This document shows positions 19,616 through 29,084 of a stretch of DNA of 64,000 bases, one piece after another. Location of the stretch: positions 29,202-93,201 of the forward strand of contig CAWFFB010000020.1 of NCBI GenBank assembly GCA_963814975.1, given 5' to 3'. The stretch's first letter is position 1; the number at the start of each line of letters is the position of its first letter. A program made the translations under genes and the position numbers. The notes under the pieces were generated by a model. It was not told where the DNA came from. It searched no databases and worked only from the letters and a program-made list of their open reading frames with translations. The DNA is from an uncultured Acidobacteriota bacterium. GTDB taxonomy: Bacteria; Acidobacteriota; Vicinamibacteria; Vicinamibacterales; CAVVIG01.

Positions 19616-20605
19616 ATGACGTCCCGAACTCGAAATGTCGTGATCGCTTCGCTGCTGGTGGTGCTGGTCGGCCTGGGTACCGGTCTGGTCGCATATTATG
19701 TGGGCTTCCCGACCAGCGCGTTCTTCGCCGATGAAGGTCCCGATGAGCTCCGCTTCGTGCCGGCGGATGCGACCCTTGTCGCATTCGGGAACGTGCACGA
19801 GATCATGACCTCCGACGTGCGCGAGCGCGCCCGGCGCGCGTTGCCGCGTCTGCCAAGAGGTCAGGAACAGTTTCGCGCCGAAACAGGGATCGACGTCGAA
19901 ACGGATATCGACCGCGTGGTCGCGTGCCTCAGTCGTCCCGGCGTGGACGCCCCGACCGCTGGCCTGGTCCTCGCCCGCGGGCGGTTCGATGCGGGCAAGA
20001 TCGAGTCGCTGATGCGGGATCATGGCGCGACCGTCGTCGACTATCGAGACGTGCGCCTCATCACGGGCGCTGCGTCGTCGGCTCATCCCGGCGGTCTGTC
20101 TCTCGGGTTCATCGAACCAGGTCTCGTCGCGGTCGGCAGCGCGGCGTTGGTCCGGAGCGCCATCGACCTGAAACACGGCGGCAGGGGCATCACGACCAAC
20201 GACGACATCATGAATCGCGTCAGGTCGCTCGACGCCGGCGATGCCTGGGTCGTTGGCCGGTTCGAGGCGCTTTCCTCCCAGGCGAACCTTCCGCGCGGCC
20301 TGGCCGCGCAGCTGCTCCCCATTACATGGGTTTCGGCAACCGCCCACCTCAATGGCGGGTTGCAGGGCGTATTGCGTGCGGAGACGAGTGACGAGGCGTC
20401 CGCGACCACCCTGCGAGACCTGGTACGCGGGTTCCTGGCGTTCGCGAAGCTGAAGGCGGGTTCGAGGCCAGAGATCCAGACCCTTGTGCAGTCGGTGAAC
20501 CTCGGTGGTACCGGGACCACTGTGACACTCTCGTTCAGCCTCCCCTTGGAGATCTTCGACCTGTTAGGGACCGCGATGGGTCACGATATCGTGAAACCGC
20601 GCTGA
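19616..20605 (+). CDS. Membrane-anchored hypothetical protein (DUF3352-like by appearance)
   Basis: N-terminal TM helix (VVIASLLVVLVGLGTGLVAYY) followed by a soluble alpha/beta domain; co-oriented with the ABC genes. Confidence 0.7.
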   Translation: MTSRTRNVVIASLLVVLVGLGTGLVAYYVGFPTSAFFADEGPDELRFVPADATLVAFGNVHEIMTSDVRERARRALPRLPRGQEQFRAETGIDVETDIDRVVACLSRPGVDAPTAGLVLARGRFDAGKIESLMRDHGATVVDYRDVRLITGAASSAHPGGLSLGFIEPGLVAVGSAALVRSAIDLKHGGRGITTNDDIMNRVRSLDAGDAWVVGRFEALSSQANLPRGLAAQLLPITWVSATAHLNGGLQGVLRAETSDEASATTLRDLVRGFLAFAKLKAGSRPEIQTLVQSVNLGGTGTTVTLSFSLPLEIFDLLGTAMGHDIVKPR

Positions 20606-20716
20606 CGCGGGCGGCTGCCGACAGCCTCGCTTCGTAGTTTTTCTCTCTCCGGAACCTTCGCCACTTCTTCTCTCCGGTAAATGGAAGCGCCCCCCAATCC
20701 GTAATTCGGAATACCG

Positions 20717-21118
20717 ATGACAGACCTGGTGTTCTTTTACGGCACTCTCATGAGCGGCTTCAGCCGGCCCGGCCGCTCGACCCTCGATCGGATCCTGGTG
20801 CCCGTGGGCCGCGGGTGGATCGGCGCCGCACTGTTCGATCTCGGTATCTATCCCGCCGCTATCCCTGCGAGCGACAGCCGTGTTTGGGGCGAGGTGTATC
20901 AGATGCTGGATGCCGACGCCGTTCTAAGCTCGACCGATGAGCTCGAAGGAGTCAATCCTACCGAGTCCGACTCCAGCCTCTACACCCGCGCGGAAACCCT
21001 CGTCACGTTGGAGGATGGGCGTGCGATCACCGCTTGGGTCTACTTCTACAATGCCCCCCTGGGACGGGCCGAGCGTATTGCCTCCGGCGATTACCGCGAG
21101 CATCTGAAGGCAAAATAG
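20717..21118 (+). CDS. Gamma-glutamylcyclotransferase (AIG2-like) family protein
   Basis: Motifs VFFYGTLM, YPA, VWGEVY, DELEG and AWVYFY. Confidence 0.9.
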   Translation: MTDLVFFYGTLMSGFSRPGRSTLDRILVPVGRGWIGAALFDLGIYPAAIPASDSRVWGEVYQMLDADAVLSSTDELEGVNPTESDSSLYTRAETLVTLEDGRAITAWVYFYNAPLGRAERIASGDYREHLKAK

Positions 21119-21358
21119 CCACACTCCGCCACGTCGAAAGCCGCGCGATAGCCGGATAGGATAGGAAGGAAGTACGTCGTCACTGCGGTGAAAACCGCTG
21201 TAGGGGGAACTTCTGCGGTCGCCTGCCCAACTTCAGATAGGCTCCGGACGAATGTGCAGATGCGCCGATGACGCGGACGAGGGAGGTCCAGCGGACGCGG
21301 CATGCCCAGCTGCCTGCACTCGCCGATCTTTTCCATGCTTGCCGGGTGTGAACGATCT

Positions 21359-21742
21359 CTAGCCGGTGCGGCGGCCGTCCTTGATGGCGTCGATGAACTC
21401 GGCAATCACCGAGTAAACTCGGTCCGACAACTCGATGAATTCGACGCCGGAACGGTAAGTGACGAACTCCTGGTCGACGTCGCTGATGCTGCAATGGACG
21501 ACCCGGCCCTTGACGACGATAGAGCGGTCGCCCAGGGTAAGCCGCAGTTCGTGCAGTGAGTCCAGCTGGAGGCGAAACGCGGTCTCGACCTGGGCGCCTC
21601 CGCAGCCCAGCTCCTTGATGGCCATTGGCTCGAACACCATGACCTCGCCGTGGAGCTCCCCCAGAATCTCGAGGCGCTCGCTGTCGCGTGTGTTGTCGAG
21701 ATCTGGCTTGGAATCTCCCGGCGTCGCCGGGTCGCGCACCAT
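21359..21742 (-). CDS. PilZ domain protein
   Basis: RDSER (RxxxR) followed by IKELGCGGAQVE and VKGRVVH beta-barrel pattern. Confidence 0.82.
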   Translation of the reverse strand: MVRDPATPGDSKPDLDNTRDSERLEILGELHGEVMVFEPMAIKELGCGGAQVETAFRLQLDSLHELRLTLGDRSIVVKGRVVHCSISDVDQEFVTYRSGVEFIELSDRVYSVIAEFIDAIKDGRRTG

Positions 21743-21788
21743 GCGACCCGGACTATATCACGAGGGGATTCGGCGAGCCGGTCGCCGG

Positions 21789-22203
21789 TCAGTTCATGCG
21801 TAGAGCAGGCTTGGGGGTAAACATCTCGCCATCCGAGAAATCCGTGGACGTCCCCATCGGCGTCGTGGCCTTCATGCTCGTTCGCGTAGGTCAGGACAGG
21901 GATCCCGCGCGTTTCGTCGTCCAGCTTCAACATCGACAGAACCTGGAAGCCGTCCATCTCCTCGATCCGCACGCAAAGGATGACGAGGTTTGGCTGCACA
22001 CGCTTGATTTGCGAGTAGGCGTGGTCGTTGGATTCCACGAACACGATGTCGTAGCGCCCGGCGTCGAGCGCCGTCTCGAGCAACTCCAGGATTTCGGAGC
22101 TGCCGTTGACGATGACTACCTTCTGGGCGCTGGCTCCCGGCGCGATACCAGACCCTCGAAGGTTTGAAAGTGTGACGCCTGTAGTTACGCCATTCGTCAG
22201 CAT
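21789..22203 (-). CDS. Atypical single-domain response regulator receiver (frameshifts in the 3' tail)
   Basis: KVVIVNGS...NLVILCVRIEEMDGFQVLSMLKLDDETRGIPVLTY is a receiver fold. An alternative frame gives ...TDFSDGEMF..KPALRMN-stop at 21789. Confidence 0.78.
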
Positions 22204-22237
22204 CTCTAGTCCGTCTCCATCGGACGCTGACAGGTAA

Positions 22238-22253
22238 TTCAGGAACCGTGCCA
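22238..22253 (-). promoter_or_regulatory. Possible sigma54-type -24/-12 promoter variant
   Basis: TGGCACG-GTTC-CTGAA on the minus strand about 35 nt upstream of the receiver gene. The -12 element deviates from the TTGC consensus. Confidence 0.3.
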
Positions 22254-22427
22254 GGCAGGCGGCATCAGAATGTCCATGTTTTCAGGAGTTCGTGAAGGCG
22301 GGGGAGCAGGCTTCGGGCTGATGACCACGGAAGGGGGCACTAGTGACGATGACGGAACCTGTTCTGCGGCAGAGGTTTCGACACACGGTTGCGCGCCGTG
22401 TCTGCAGTACGGCAATCTCGGTGACAT

Positions 22428-23918
22428 ATGTCTGCCTACCACAACTTCGTCGATGGCGCGTGGGTGACCTCGGTTTCGGGCGAGGTGTTCGAAAACAGAA
22501 ACCCTGCCGATCCCGACGATCTCATAGGGACGTTTCAGCAATCCATCGCGGCGGACGCCGAACGCGCCATAGACGCTGCCCGCCGGGCGTATGCGACCTG
22601 GCGGCTGGTACCCGCGCCACGCCGCGCCGAAGTGCTTTTCCGCGCCGGCCAGCTTTTGAGCGCTTGCAAGGAATCGCTCGCTCGAGACATGACGCGCGAG
22701 ATGGGCAAGGTACTCGCCGAGACGCGCGGCGACGTTCAGGAAGCGATTGACATGACGTTCTTCATGGCGGGTGAGGGACGGCGTCAATACGGGCAGACCG
22801 TTCCCTCGGAGCTCCGGGACAAGTTCGCGATGTCGGTCCGCCAGCCGGTCGGGGTCTGCGCCGTGATCACGCCGTGGAATTTTCCAATGGCCATCCCATC
22901 CTGGAAAATCATGCCGGCGCTCGTCTGCGGCAATACTGTCGTGTTCAAGCCGGCGACGCTGACGCCTCTCTCCGCGGTCAACTTCGTCAAGATCCTGGCA
23001 GAGGCGGGTGTTCCCAGGGGTGTCGTCAATCTCGTCACCGGGGGCGGCGACGCCGTGGGTACGGCGATGACGGCGGCCGATGCGGTGCGCGTGGTGTCGT
23101 TTACCGGCTCGACCGAGGTGGGCCGGACCGTGTCCGTGAAGGCGGCGCCCTTATTCAAGAAGGTGCACCTCGAGATGGGTGGCAAGAACGTGATCATGGT
23201 CATGGACGACGCCAATCTCGAGTTGGCGGTCGAAGGGTGCCTGTGGGGAGGCTTCGGAACGACCGGGCAGCGCTGCACCGCCGCAAGCCGGATTGTCGTT
23301 CATCATGAAGTGTACCGGGCATTCCTGGATCGCTTCGTCCAACGGGCGGCGGCATTACGTGTAGGGGAGGGCCTCGACCCGGCCGTCCAGATGGGACCAC
23401 TCGTCAGCGAGGGCCAGCGAGAAACCGTGATCAACTACATCGGCATCGGCCGGCGCGAGGGGGCGACGCTCGTGTGCGGCGGGCACGCGCTCACAGACGG
23501 TCCGTACGCGAAGGGACATTTTCACGAGCCGACGATCTTCGCCGACGTCGCTCCGTCGATGCGCATCGCGCAGGAGGAGATCTTCGGACCCGTTGTCTCC
23601 GTCATCCCCTGCCGATCGCTTGATGAGGCGGTCGAAATCGGCAACAACGTTCAATACGGGCTGTCGGCGTCAATCTATACTCAGGATGTGAACGCGGCGT
23701 TCGCCGCCATGCGTGATCTCGATACCGGCATCTTCTACGTGAATGCGCCGACGATCGGCGCGGAAGTGCATCTGCCGTTTGGCGGCACCAAGGCGACCGG
23801 CAACGGCCACCGTGAAGCGGGGACCGCCGCACTCGACGTCTTCTCGGAATGGAAGTCGATCTACGTCGACTTCAGCGGCCGGCTGCAGCGCGCGCAGATC
23901 GATCCGATGGAGATATAG
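22428..23918 (+). CDS. Aldehyde dehydrogenase family protein
   Basis: Motifs [32 protein letters not shown] and PFGG. Confidence 0.96.
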   Translation: MSAYHNFVDGAWVTSVSGEVFENRNPADPDDLIGTFQQSIAADAERAIDAARRAYATWRLVPAPRRAEVLFRAGQLLSACKESLARDMTREMGKVLAETRGDVQEAIDMTFFMAGEGRRQYGQTVPSELRDKFAMSVRQPVGVCAVITPWNFPMAIPSWKIMPALVCGNTVVFKPATLTPLSAVNFVKILAEAGVPRGVVNLVTGGGDAVGTAMTAADAVRVVSFTGSTEVGRTVSVKAAPLFKKVHLEMGGKNVIMVMDDANLELAVEGCLWGGFGTTGQRCTAASRIVVHHEVYRAFLDRFVQRAAALRVGEGLDPAVQMGPLVSEGQRETVINYIGIGRREGATLVCGGHALTDGPYAKGHFHEPTIFADVAPSMRIAQEEIFGPVVSVIPCRSLDEAVEIGNNVQYGLSASIYTQDVNAAFAAMRDLDTGIFYVNAPTIGAEVHLPFGGTKATGNGHREAGTAALDVFSEWKSIYVDFSGRLQRAQIDPMEI

Positions 23919-23945
23919 GTCAGTCGACTGTGAACCTCATCCTCC

Positions 23946-24992
23946 ATGCGCATAGCAGTCATCCCTGGTGACGGGATCGGCGTCGAGGTGACGGCGGAAG
24001 CCTTGAAGGTGCTTCGCGCGGCGGCCGAGGTCTTCGGCCGCAGCCCCGAGTTCGAGATCCTGCCATGGGGCGCTGAGCATTTTCTTCAGACGGGGGTCAC
24101 GATTCCACACGATGGTTACGCACGGCTGCGTGAGCACGATGCCATCTTCGTCGGCGCCCTTGGCGATCCGCGGGTGCCCGACAACCGCCACGCACGCGAC
24201 ATCCTGCTCGGGACGCGGTTCGAGCTTGATCTATACGTCAACTATCGCCCGGTGCGTCTCCTCGACGAGCGCTTATGCCCGCTCAAGGGCCGAACGAGAG
24301 ATGAGGTCGACTTCATCGTGTTTCGGGAGAATACCGAAGGGATCTACGTGGGCGTCGGCGGCCGGTTCAAGGCCGGAACCGACGACGAGGTGGCCATACA
24401 GGAGGAGCTGAACACGTACAAGGGCGTCCACCGGATCGTCCGCTACGCCTTCGAGTACGCCAGGACGAGCGGGCGTTCACGCGTCTGCATGGCCGACAAG
24501 AGCAACGTCATGCAGGACGGGCACGCGCTATGGCAGCGAGTGTTCCGCGAGGTGGCGGCGGATTACCCGGGAATCGAGCCGCGCCATCTCTATATCGACA
24601 CGCTGGCGCTGTTGATGGTGCAGAATCCGTCCGAATTCGAGGTGATCGTCACGAACAACTTGTTCGGCGACATCATCACGGATCTGGGCGCGGCTCTCCA
24701 GGGTGGTCTTGGCGTGGCTCCGTCCGGCAACCTGCACCCGGGACGAACCTCGATGTTCGAGCCCGTGCACGGGTCGGCGCCGCCGCTGGCCGGGAAGAAC
24801 CTTGCCAACCCGATGGGCGCGATCCTGTCGGCGGCGCTGATGCTCGAGTATCTCGGTCTGTCCGAGGAGGCGCAGGCGATCGAAGCCGCGGTGCAACAGG
24901 CCGTGACCGGCCATCAGGGGACGGCTGATATCGGCGGCGTGCTCGGCACGCGGGAAACGGGGGACTACATTGCGGGCGCGATTCGTGGGTGA
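23946..24992 (+). CDS. Isocitrate/isopropylmalate dehydrogenase family protein (LeuB / tartrate dehydrogenase-like)
   Basis: Motifs IPGDGIGVEV, FRENTEG, DKSNV, NLFGDIITD and FEPVHGSAP. Confidence 0.92.
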   Translation: MRIAVIPGDGIGVEVTAEALKVLRAAAEVFGRSPEFEILPWGAEHFLQTGVTIPHDGYARLREHDAIFVGALGDPRVPDNRHARDILLGTRFELDLYVNYRPVRLLDERLCPLKGRTRDEVDFIVFRENTEGIYVGVGGRFKAGTDDEVAIQEELNTYKGVHRIVRYAFEYARTSGRSRVCMADKSNVMQDGHALWQRVFREVAADYPGIEPRHLYIDTLALLMVQNPSEFEVIVTNNLFGDIITDLGAALQGGLGVAPSGNLHPGRTSMFEPVHGSAPPLAGKNLANPMGAILSAALMLEYLGLSEEAQAIEAAVQQAVTGHQGTADIGGVLGTRETGDYIAGAIRG

Positions 24993-25023
24993 CATCATCG
25001 GCACGGAAACACGGACGAACGGA

Positions 25024-25165
25024 ACCACGAAGACAGGAAGATCACGAATGCAAGACCGCACCTTTTGGCATTCGCGTCGTGGAGCTTCGGTCCCTTCGTG
25101 CCTTCGTGGTCAAGAAGCGGGAGCTTCGTCCGTCGCGGCATGAAACAGCCACGAAAACACGAAAT
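25024..25165. repeat. Intergenic CACGAA-family palindrome plus an orphan arm
   Basis: ACCACGAAG (25024) and CTTCGTGGT (25102) are perfect inverted arms with 8-9 bp periodicity. AACAGCCACGAAAACACGAAA follows at 25144-25164. Confidence 0.75.
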
Positions 25166-25226
25166 GTGAAACGCCGCCCGCCGAAAACGGGAAGACGAAC
25201 TCACCGGCAGTCTGATCGGAACTGGC

Positions 25227-26411
25227 ATGACGAAACCGGATGTCTTGATTGTGGGCGGCGCGCGGACGCCGATGACCGACTATGTGGGCGCGTTGAAGGA
25301 TGTGTCGGCGCTGGCTCTTGGGGCGATCGCCGCTCGCGGAGCGTTCCAGAAGACCGGGGTCAAACCGGAATGGATCGACCACGTGGTGATCGGCAACGTC
25401 CTCCAAACGAGCGCGGATGCGATTTACGGTGCACGGCACGTCGCCCTGAAGGCGGGCATGCCCGTCGACGTCCCGGCGCTGACGGTGAACCGGCTCTGTG
25501 GGTCGGGGATACAGGCGGCCGTGAGTGGCGCGCAGCTGATTCAGCTCGGAGAAGCGGGCGTTGTCCTCACCGGCGGTGTCGAGAGCATGAGCCAGGCGCC
25601 GCACGTCATTCGTGGCCTCCGCAGCGGCCTCAAGCTTGGACAGGGCAAGCTCGAGGACTCGCTCTGGGACGCACTGCTGGACACGCACTGCGGCTGCACG
25701 ATGGCGGCCACCGCCGAGAACTGCGCGGTCAAATACGGCGTGTCGCGGCAAGACCAGGACCGGTTCGCACTGCGGAGCCAGCAGCTGGCCGATAAGGCCT
25801 GGCGCGAGGGGAGGTTCGCCGGCGAGGTCGTGCCGGTTGAGATCGAGACGCGAAAAGGCGTGACGGCGATCAGCGAAGACGATCACATGCGTCCGGAGAC
25901 GACGCTGGAGATCCTGGCCGCATTGCCTGCGGCCTTCAAGAAGGACGGGTGTGTGACCGCCGGCAATGCCAGCGGTATCGTCGACGGCGGCGCGGCGTTG
26001 ATTCTCGCGTCCCGCGAGTCGGTTGATCGGCACGGGCTCAAGCCGCTCGGCCGACTCATCGACTGGGCGGCCGTGGGCGTAGAGCCCGCGTTCATGGGCA
26101 TGGGACCGGCGCCTGCCACCCGAGCGGTGCTCGCCCGCACCGGTCTGACCCTTGCGGATCTGGATCTCATCGAGGTCAACGAGGCCTTTGCCGCGCAGTA
26201 TCTATCCGTCGAGAAGGAACTCGGACTCGATCGCGAACGGGTGAACGTCAACGGCGGCGCGATCGCGCTGGGCCATCCGCTTGGCATGACCGGCACGCGC
26301 CTGCTGCTGACGTTGCTGCTGGAACTCCGGCGCCGTGGAAAGCGTCGCGGCCTCGCTACCGCCTGCATCGGCGGTGGTCAGGGCATCGCGGCAATCGTCG
26401 AGACGGTGTGA
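25227..26411 (+). CDS. Acetyl-CoA C-acyltransferase (thiolase)
   Basis: Motifs NRLCGSG, TAGNASG, NEAF, GHPLG and CIGGGQG. Confidence 0.96.
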   Translation: MTKPDVLIVGGARTPMTDYVGALKDVSALALGAIAARGAFQKTGVKPEWIDHVVIGNVLQTSADAIYGARHVALKAGMPVDVPALTVNRLCGSGIQAAVSGAQLIQLGEAGVVLTGGVESMSQAPHVIRGLRSGLKLGQGKLEDSLWDALLDTHCGCTMAATAENCAVKYGVSRQDQDRFALRSQQLADKAWREGRFAGEVVPVEIETRKGVTAISEDDHMRPETTLEILAALPAAFKKDGCVTAGNASGIVDGGAALILASRESVDRHGLKPLGRLIDWAAVGVEPAFMGMGPAPATRAVLARTGLTLADLDLIEVNEAFAAQYLSVEKELGLDRERVNVNGGAIALGHPLGMTGTRLLLTLLLELRRRGKRRGLATACIGGGQGIAAIVETV

Positions 26412-26431
26412 ATCGGCGCCATTCCTGTTCA

Positions 26432-26575
26432 CGTTTTTGGTGTTTTCGTGGTCGGCCGTGTGGATTGTCCCAGTTCGTTGGCTGAGGTTTCGTCGCCCGC
26501 TCGTCGCTCGTCGCTCGTCGCTCGTCGCGTCGTCGTGCCGTCGTGGCCGTCTCTTTCTCTTCTTTCGTGGCTGTT
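26432..26575. repeat. Intergenic repeats: two TTTCGTGG arms and a (TCGTCGC)4 heptamer tandem
   Basis: GTGTTTTCGTGG at 26440-26451, TCGTCGC x4 at 26501-26528 and TTTCGTGGCTGTT at 26563-26575. Confidence 0.8.
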
Positions 26576-26592
26576 TGTGAGAGCCCAACTGT

Positions 26593-27447
26593 ATGCAGAT
26601 AAAGACTGTGGGCGTCGTGGGTTGCGGCCTCATGGGCTCCGGCATCGCCCAGGTTTGCGCGGCGTCCGGCTATACGACGATCGTTCGCGAAGTCGACGAG
26701 ACGCTGCTGCGGCAGGGCTTGGGCCGGATCACGACATTCCTCGACGCCGGCGTCAGCAAGGGGAAAGTGACCTCCGCGGTCCGGGACGCAACGCTCGGGA
26801 ACCTCAAGGGGACGACGAACCTCGAGGATCTCGGGGCTTGCGATCTGATCGTCGAGGCGATCGTCGAACAGCTGGAGGCGAAGCGGGCGACCTACACCGC
26901 GCTGGAGCAGGTCGTGAAAGACCACACGGTGTTTCTCTCGAACACCTCGTCGCTCTGCATCACCGAGCTGGCTGCGGCGACCATGCGGCCCGATCGGTTC
27001 GGCGGGCTGCACTTCTTCAACCCCGTTCCGCTGATGAAGCTCGTGGAGGTGATTCGCGGGCTGTCGACGAGCGAGGAGACGTACCGGCAAGCATTCGCTT
27101 TCGCGCAATCCCTCGGGAAGGACCCCATCACGGCGCCAGACCGGCCCGGCTTCATCGTCAACCGGTTGCTCGTCCCCTATCTGCTCGATGCCGTACGCGC
27201 GTACGAGAACGGCCTGGGCACGATCGAAGACATCGACCAGGGCATGAAACTGGGGTGCGGGTATCCGATGGGCCCGTTCACGCTCCTCGATTTCGTCGGC
27301 CTCGACACGACCTACTACATCGCGAACATCATGTTTGAGGAGTTTCGCGAGCCTGCGTACGCTGCGCCGCCGCTCTTGAAGCGGATGGTGCTCGCGGGAC
27401 GGCTCGGGCGAAAGAGCGGGCAGGGGTTTTACAAGTACGAGGTCTAA
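26593..27447 (+). CDS. hbd: 3-hydroxybutyryl-CoA dehydrogenase
   Basis: Motifs GCGLMGSGIA, EAIVE, SNTSS, HFFNPVP, PGFIVNRLL and GYPMGPF. Confidence 0.94.
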   Translation: MQIKTVGVVGCGLMGSGIAQVCAASGYTTIVREVDETLLRQGLGRITTFLDAGVSKGKVTSAVRDATLGNLKGTTNLEDLGACDLIVEAIVEQLEAKRATYTALEQVVKDHTVFLSNTSSLCITELAAATMRPDRFGGLHFFNPVPLMKLVEVIRGLSTSEETYRQAFAFAQSLGKDPITAPDRPGFIVNRLLVPYLLDAVRAYENGLGTIEDIDQGMKLGCGYPMGPFTLLDFVGLDTTYYIANIMFEEFREPAYAAPPLLKRMVLAGRLGRKSGQGFYKYEV

Positions 27448-27560
27448 AGTCTCAAGGCCCAGTCTCAAGTTTCAAGACTGGAACCCAAGCCCACAGCCCA
27501 AAGTCTCAACGTTCAAGGTGTGTGCGCTTCCTGAGACGTGAGCCCTGACACTTGAGAGTT
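27448..27560. repeat. Heptamer-periodic intergenic element (TCTCAAG-like)
   Basis: GTCTCAAG, GTTTCAAG and GCCCAAG-type units on the left; CTGAGAC, GTGAGCC and CTTGAG inverted units on the right. Confidence 0.65.
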
Positions 27561-27575
27561 TGTACAATATGCAAT

Positions 27576-28181
27576 ATGAAAGATCTCATCACGCGTCTCC
27601 TCGTGGAGCTTGGCGAAGACCCGAATCGGGAGGGGCTGCTCAGGACGCCGGTCCGGGTCGAGAAGGCACTCCGATTCCTGACGAGCGGGTACGGCGCGAA
27701 CGTCGACGCCGTGCTCAACGATGCCCTGTTCACCGTCGACTACAGCGAGATGGTGATCGTCAAGGATATCGACTTCTACAGCCTGTGCGAGCATCACCTG
27801 CTACCGTTCTTCGGCAAGTGTCACATCGCTTATATCCCCAGCACTCACGTGATCGGACTGAGCAAGATCCCCCGGCTGGTGGATGTATTCAGCCGACGCC
27901 TGCAGATCCAGGAGCGGCTGACGAACCAGATCGCGGACACCATCCGCGAGAAGATCTCGCCGATCGGCGTCGCCGTCGTCATGGAGGCCACTCATCTCTG
28001 TATGTCGATGCGCGGCGTCGAGAAGCAGAACTCCTTCGCGGTGACGAGTGCCATGCTCGGTGCGTTCCGCAGTAATGCGCGGACACGCATCGAGTTTCTC
28101 GAGCTCATCAAGCTCCGCAGCGCCATCCCCGGCCTCCGCGGCGACACCGCGGCGAGCCTGGCCTGTGTCGGCGAGGATTAG
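27576..28181 (+). CDS. folE: GTP cyclohydrolase I
   Basis: Motifs [38 protein letters not shown] and HLCMSMRGV. Confidence 0.97.
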   Translation: MKDLITRLLVELGEDPNREGLLRTPVRVEKALRFLTSGYGANVDAVLNDALFTVDYSEMVIVKDIDFYSLCEHHLLPFFGKCHIAYIPSTHVIGLSKIPRLVDVFSRRLQIQERLTNQIADTIREKISPIGVAVVMEATHLCMSMRGVEKQNSFAVTSAMLGAFRSNARTRIEFLELIKLRSAIPGLRGDTAASLACVGED

Positions 28182-28182
28182 A

Positions 28183-28243
28183 CGTTCTGCGTTCTGCGTT
28201 CTGCGTTCTCCGTTCGGCGTTCTCCGTTCGGCGTTCGGCGTTT
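28183..28243 (+). repeat. Heptamer tandem array CGTT(CTG/CTC/CGG) x9
   Basis: Units at 28183, 28190, 28197, 28204, 28211, 28218, 28225, 28232 and 28239. Confidence 0.9.
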
Positions 28244-28306
28244 GCGTGCACGAAGGCTGAACGAAGGGCGCCGCACGTCGCACGGAAAAGTACTATACTG
28301 AGAGTG

Positions 28307-28996
28307 ATGCGCCGCGTGCTTCTCGTTGTGCTGGCGTCGCTGCTGGCGGTACCGCTCGTCGCGCCCGCCCAGACGCGACGGCCGCCGGCGAAGCGCACGC
28401 CGCCACCGCCGCCTCCTCCTCCTGCGCCACCGACGAAGACCGTCCCCGAGATCAAGTGCCCGACGCCCCTGGGCGTTGGTGTCAGTTCGAAGCGCGACTA
28501 CTGCGATGTGATGAGCGGCCGCGATCCCGCGGAGGGTGTCCTGATTGTGCTGCCGCCGCATCAAGGACCGGTGACGCTCACCTTCGACCTGCACAATCGC
28601 CATACCTATTCAGAAGAGCAAGTGAAGGCCAATCGCGCATCCGCGCGCTATACTGCGGTAATCGGCGCGCTGACGATGGATAACACGCTGATCAGCCGGG
28701 CGGCGGTGCAAAGCGAGTTCAGGAAGGCGTCGGACCTGGTCGAGCGCATCGGCGGCGGGGCCGGCCCCGGCGGGGTCAAGGCGGTCGCGCCGACCGGCAC
28801 CGAAGCCATCACCATCACGATTCCGGAGGAGGAAACACAGGTCAGTCTTCTGGGCGAAAAGCTGATCATCGACCGCCCGGATGGCACCGCCGCGTACACG
28901 TCGCCAGGACGTCCGATCGCCGTCATCAGCAACGTGGCGATCGAATACCGGCCCCCGCCTCCTCCGCGCCCTGCCCGGGGACGAACGTCGCGCTGA
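28307..28996 (+). CDS. Exported proline-rich hypothetical protein
   Basis: Signal peptide (MRRVLLVVLASLLAVPLVAPA), poly-Pro linker and a beta-rich domain with two Cys. Confidence 0.75.
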   Translation: MRRVLLVVLASLLAVPLVAPAQTRRPPAKRTPPPPPPPPAPPTKTVPEIKCPTPLGVGVSSKRDYCDVMSGRDPAEGVLIVLPPHQGPVTLTFDLHNRHTYSEEQVKANRASARYTAVIGALTMDNTLISRAAVQSEFRKASDLVERIGGGAGPGGVKAVAPTGTEAITITIPEEETQVSLLGEKLIIDRPDGTAAYTSPGRPIAVISNVAIEYRPPPPPRPARGRTSR

Positions 28997-29025
28997 AGGA
29001 CAGGATCCCCATCCGGGCCGGAAAT

Positions 29026-29054
29026 GAAAAGGGCCGGCGGTTTCCCGCCGGCCC
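29026..29054 (-). terminator. Rho-independent terminator of the radical SAM gene
   Basis: Perfect 10-bp stem GGGCCGGCGG / CCGCCGGCCC with a 4-nt loop, followed on the minus strand by TTTTC; lies between convergent genes. Confidence 0.8.
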
Positions 29055-29084
29055 CTGATCCCTGATCGCAAACGTGGCGGCTGA

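Noticed and set aside
21119-21358. Possible small ORFs between the cyclotransferase and PilZ genes
   Set aside because: No motifs, no clear RBS, and several conflicting frames.
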